From contig CM097885.1 in assembly GCA_044892525.1 (NCBI GenBank), forward strand, positions 18,726,001 to 18,790,000: a stretch of 64,000 bases of DNA, read 5' to 3'. Made by a program: the position numbers and the translations under genes. The DNA comes from Schmidtea polychroa. Taxonomy: Eukaryota. This document shows positions 61,108 through 64,000 of this stretch, one piece after another; position 1 is the first letter of the stretch; each line of letters starts with the position of its first letter. The notes beneath the pieces are model-generated. The model did not search any database. It was not told where the DNA came from and saw nothing but the letters and a program-made list of their open reading frames with translations.

Positions 61108-61497
61108 TCAAAATAAGTTTTTAAACTTTATTTTGTGCTCGTCGATTTCCTTGGTATTTCGGTCGAGTTGATTTAATACACCCCATCCGCCATTGGCTTC
61201 TATCCACGGAGTAAATTTGGATTTGATTATCTAAAAAATGAATATTATTAAAATATAGATTATAAAATAAATTACTTCTTGAGACCACTGGTAGTAATGT
61301 TCTGAGTCCCATAAACTTTTTTCGATGATAATTTTCATATAAGTGAATCCTACAATTATTCGGGTCCACTTCATTTCTTCGTCGAATAGGCAATTGAAGA
61401 TTCGATTAAAATAAAACTTATGTTCCGATTCATTTACCGTTCCCATTGAGAATTTGTTACTGCTTATTAATTGCCATTGCAGTTTACTATATGTCAA
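61108..61497 (-). pseudogene. Bcl-2 family gene (BH1 + BH2) with a 45-bp intron at 61231-61275; 5' part disrupted or not resolved
   Basis: IFNCLFDEEMKWTRIIVGF (BH1-like); removing the GT-AG intron gives ..QWSQE|IIKSKFTPWIEANGGWGVL (BH2 WIxxNGGW); in-frame TAA two codons upstream of 61497. Confidence 0.8.
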
Positions 61498-61839
61498 ACC
61501 TTATCGTTCACTGCTGCAAAGTTTCGGAGGGAGCTATGTGTATATTTTCCTTAACAGTTATGTCGAATTATTCATTAGTTCCCTTGAGATCGACTTACGT
61601 TATTTTATATTTTATAATACTCACAAATATTCTTTATAATAAATCTACAAAATTCTAATCCATATTTTCCCATAAATACCCCCCCCCCCTAGGTTATATA
61701 ATGATAGGAAACAATGTTATACTCAGCTAAATTATATATATTAAACTTACAAAATTTAAATTACTATTATTATGATTATTACTATTATCAAGATTATTAT
61801 TATTAGGATCATGACTATCACTACCCTAGTTAGTACTGC

Positions 61840-62025
61840 AACCATTCCAACTACTCCAACCATTCCAACTACTCCAACCATTCCAACTACTCCAACCATT
61901 CAAAATACTCCAACCATTCCAACTACTCCAACCATTCCAACTACTCCAACCATTCCAACTACTTCAACCATTCCAACTACTCCAACCATTCCAACTACTC
62001 CAACCATTCCAACTAATCCAACCAA
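61840..62025. repeat. 18-bp tandem repeat (ccattccaactactccaa) ~10x
   Basis: Direct inspection. Confidence 0.95.
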
Positions 62026-62648
62026 TCACGTACAATTGCGGGAGTTTTTAACTCTAGCAATAGAAGAATAAAGAAATAAAAGCTGCAGAATTATTAAGGG
62101 TGAGAATTGAATAAAATAAAATTTGACTTTTATTCCATCACTGGAACTATAAATAATATCATTATTCATAACGTAATTATTATTATTTTTATTATTATCA
62201 TTGTTAGTATTGGTATTATTATCAATATAGCTAGTATCATCCTTCGTATTATCATTAATAACCCATCTTCCTGGTTACTAAACTTCTCAAAACAGAGTCG
62301 TAAGGAACATTATTATTAGGGCTATCATCTTAGTATTATTATTAATCATTATTATTTACCCTATTGTTAATTCATTGTTAATTAGTTAATGCGTAATATA
62401 ATATTAATATTAACGATTAAGGATTACCTCTAATACTAAATTTAGTTATATCCTTTTTCATTAACATCCTACCACCAGATAAGAACTAAGTCATAGTAAG
62501 TCCCACCCACACACACACATTTAATCCCCAACTACCACCATTTTCGTTTCCTTTCGAACCTTGAAGGTGCTGAGGCATAAATTGAATAGCTACCCTTTGC
62601 GGAAAATAGTCGACCTGAATGGTTCACATCTATTAGCAAAAGGTATAT

Positions 62649-62701
<53 letters not shown>

Positions 62702-62704
<3 letters not shown>

Positions 62705-63645
62705 CTAACTGCGAAATATAACATTATCTATAATCTAAAAAAAAATCAATAAATATATATATTATTGGAACACACCAACTTACATTATTATTATAGGAAT
62801 CTAAAAAGTGAGAGAAAATAATTAAGCATACAAACACAGCATACATAATGAAAAATACATACAAAATTAAGTAAAGTGTTTTTCATGCGAAATATACATT
62901 GATTAACATATAATTAACATATCAATATTTTCAAATTATTTAAAAAGTTATGTACAAAAAAACTTTTGAATCAGATTCTGACTGCTCTACCTTGAGCTTT
63001 AGGGGAAAAGAAGTAAATACATCGTAAGATTTAATTATAAAATAATTGAGAATATAAAATTTCTTTAGATTTACAGATATTGAAGAAGATCCTTCGACAT
63101 CTTTGAATTTGCAGGAAAAAAATCGCAAATCGTAAATTTTAATAAATTATTTTAACAAATTAATATTTTCATAGAATTACAGAAAAAGACAAAATTCGAT
63201 AGAAGATTACAAAAACTTAAAAAATATTTTATCCATTCTTTACTAAATGTCTTTAAAAAATAAATGTTTGGTGATTACTTTACTTATTTATAATTATAAA
63301 AATATCTAACTTACATTTTTACGAAATAAATCCAAATAAATCCAAATAAAATACCATAAAATTCCTAAAAAACACCTGAAATTTAACTATCAATGTTATA
63401 TATTATCAATATTATAAATGCTGACTAACAGTAATATTTAAGAACTTGAATAATGATCTCATAATTATATAAAATCAAAATTCAAGTCCTAAAAATTACC
63501 TCAATTCAAAAACTTACCTTAAAACGATTTTTGAAAAATTGAAAAAATGAAATTAAGTTAACATTGTCATATAATTGGTGACTCACCTCAGGTGGTGTGC
63601 ACACCAACGTATATTATAGACAATGTTAACTTTCGCGGTTAGGTG
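62702..63645. mobile_element. Non-autonomous TIR element, copy 2, inserted in a (TA)n tract
   Basis: Near-identical to 12361-13336 apart from a ~32-bp deletion; (TA)n on both sides. Confidence 0.93.
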
Positions 63646-64000
63646 TATATATATATATATATATACGTTCACCCAAACGAGTGATGCAATAAACTTACAC
63701 CTCGAAGAATAGCTTCCTTGCTTTTATCAAAAATTTAGTTAGATCGTATTTAATTTTAACATTATTAGATGTTAATGGTCATCGAGGAAATGATAAAATT
63801 TGGATTAACCACTATTTACGAGGTAAAGACGTATTACTATATAAATTCAAAATATAATTTTTACCGATTATTGAAAATTCACAACAAATATAAGATTTTA
63901 TTATAGGAAACATTTTAATCGAAACTCATTGTCTTGATCATCTTCCCAAAACATGACTAAACAGTTTCTTTGGTAATTTCCCCATCGACAACTAAATCGT

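Noticed and set aside
61772..62071. Mucin-like PTTPTI ORF
   Set aside because: Produced by an 18-bp tandem repeat in low-complexity DNA; no other coding support.

Overview
Very AT-rich eukaryotic DNA, most likely animal: the host-gene remnants look metazoan and there is a 45-bp GT-AG intron. The species cannot be fixed from the sequence. The window is mostly nested mobile DNA. The only clearly intact host gene is an intronless Transformer-2-like RRM/RS gene (41735-42922). Mobile elements: an intact hAT transposon (17092-19352, 8-bp TSD); a young but disabled Gypsy element (34690-39235, 5-bp TSD) and a solo LTR of the same family inserted into the YIDD codons of an older Gypsy; further decayed Gypsy and Tc1/IS630 relics; several MITEs; and a 5.75-kb non-coding element with Polinton/Maverick-type ends (47399-53150), which has an older inverted copy at ~5.7-15.8 kb. 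Fragmented host genes: TRIM-like, an RNF115/126-like gene, an RNF115/126-proteasome alpha chimera, actin fused to a Tc1 transposase, and a cryptic intron-containing Bcl-2-like gene. The most novel-looking signal is a repeated GC-rich module that I cannot assign to a known family. It has four copies of a spliced coiled-coil gene with a 'TWF(SP)' motif, two copies of an AT-hook gene, two copies of a 'DLTPWQxHEVVRPP' coding remnant, and 2-4 copies of a ~200-270-nt downstream non-coding element whose stems show compensatory base changes. All homologies were recognised by eye and no searches were run.
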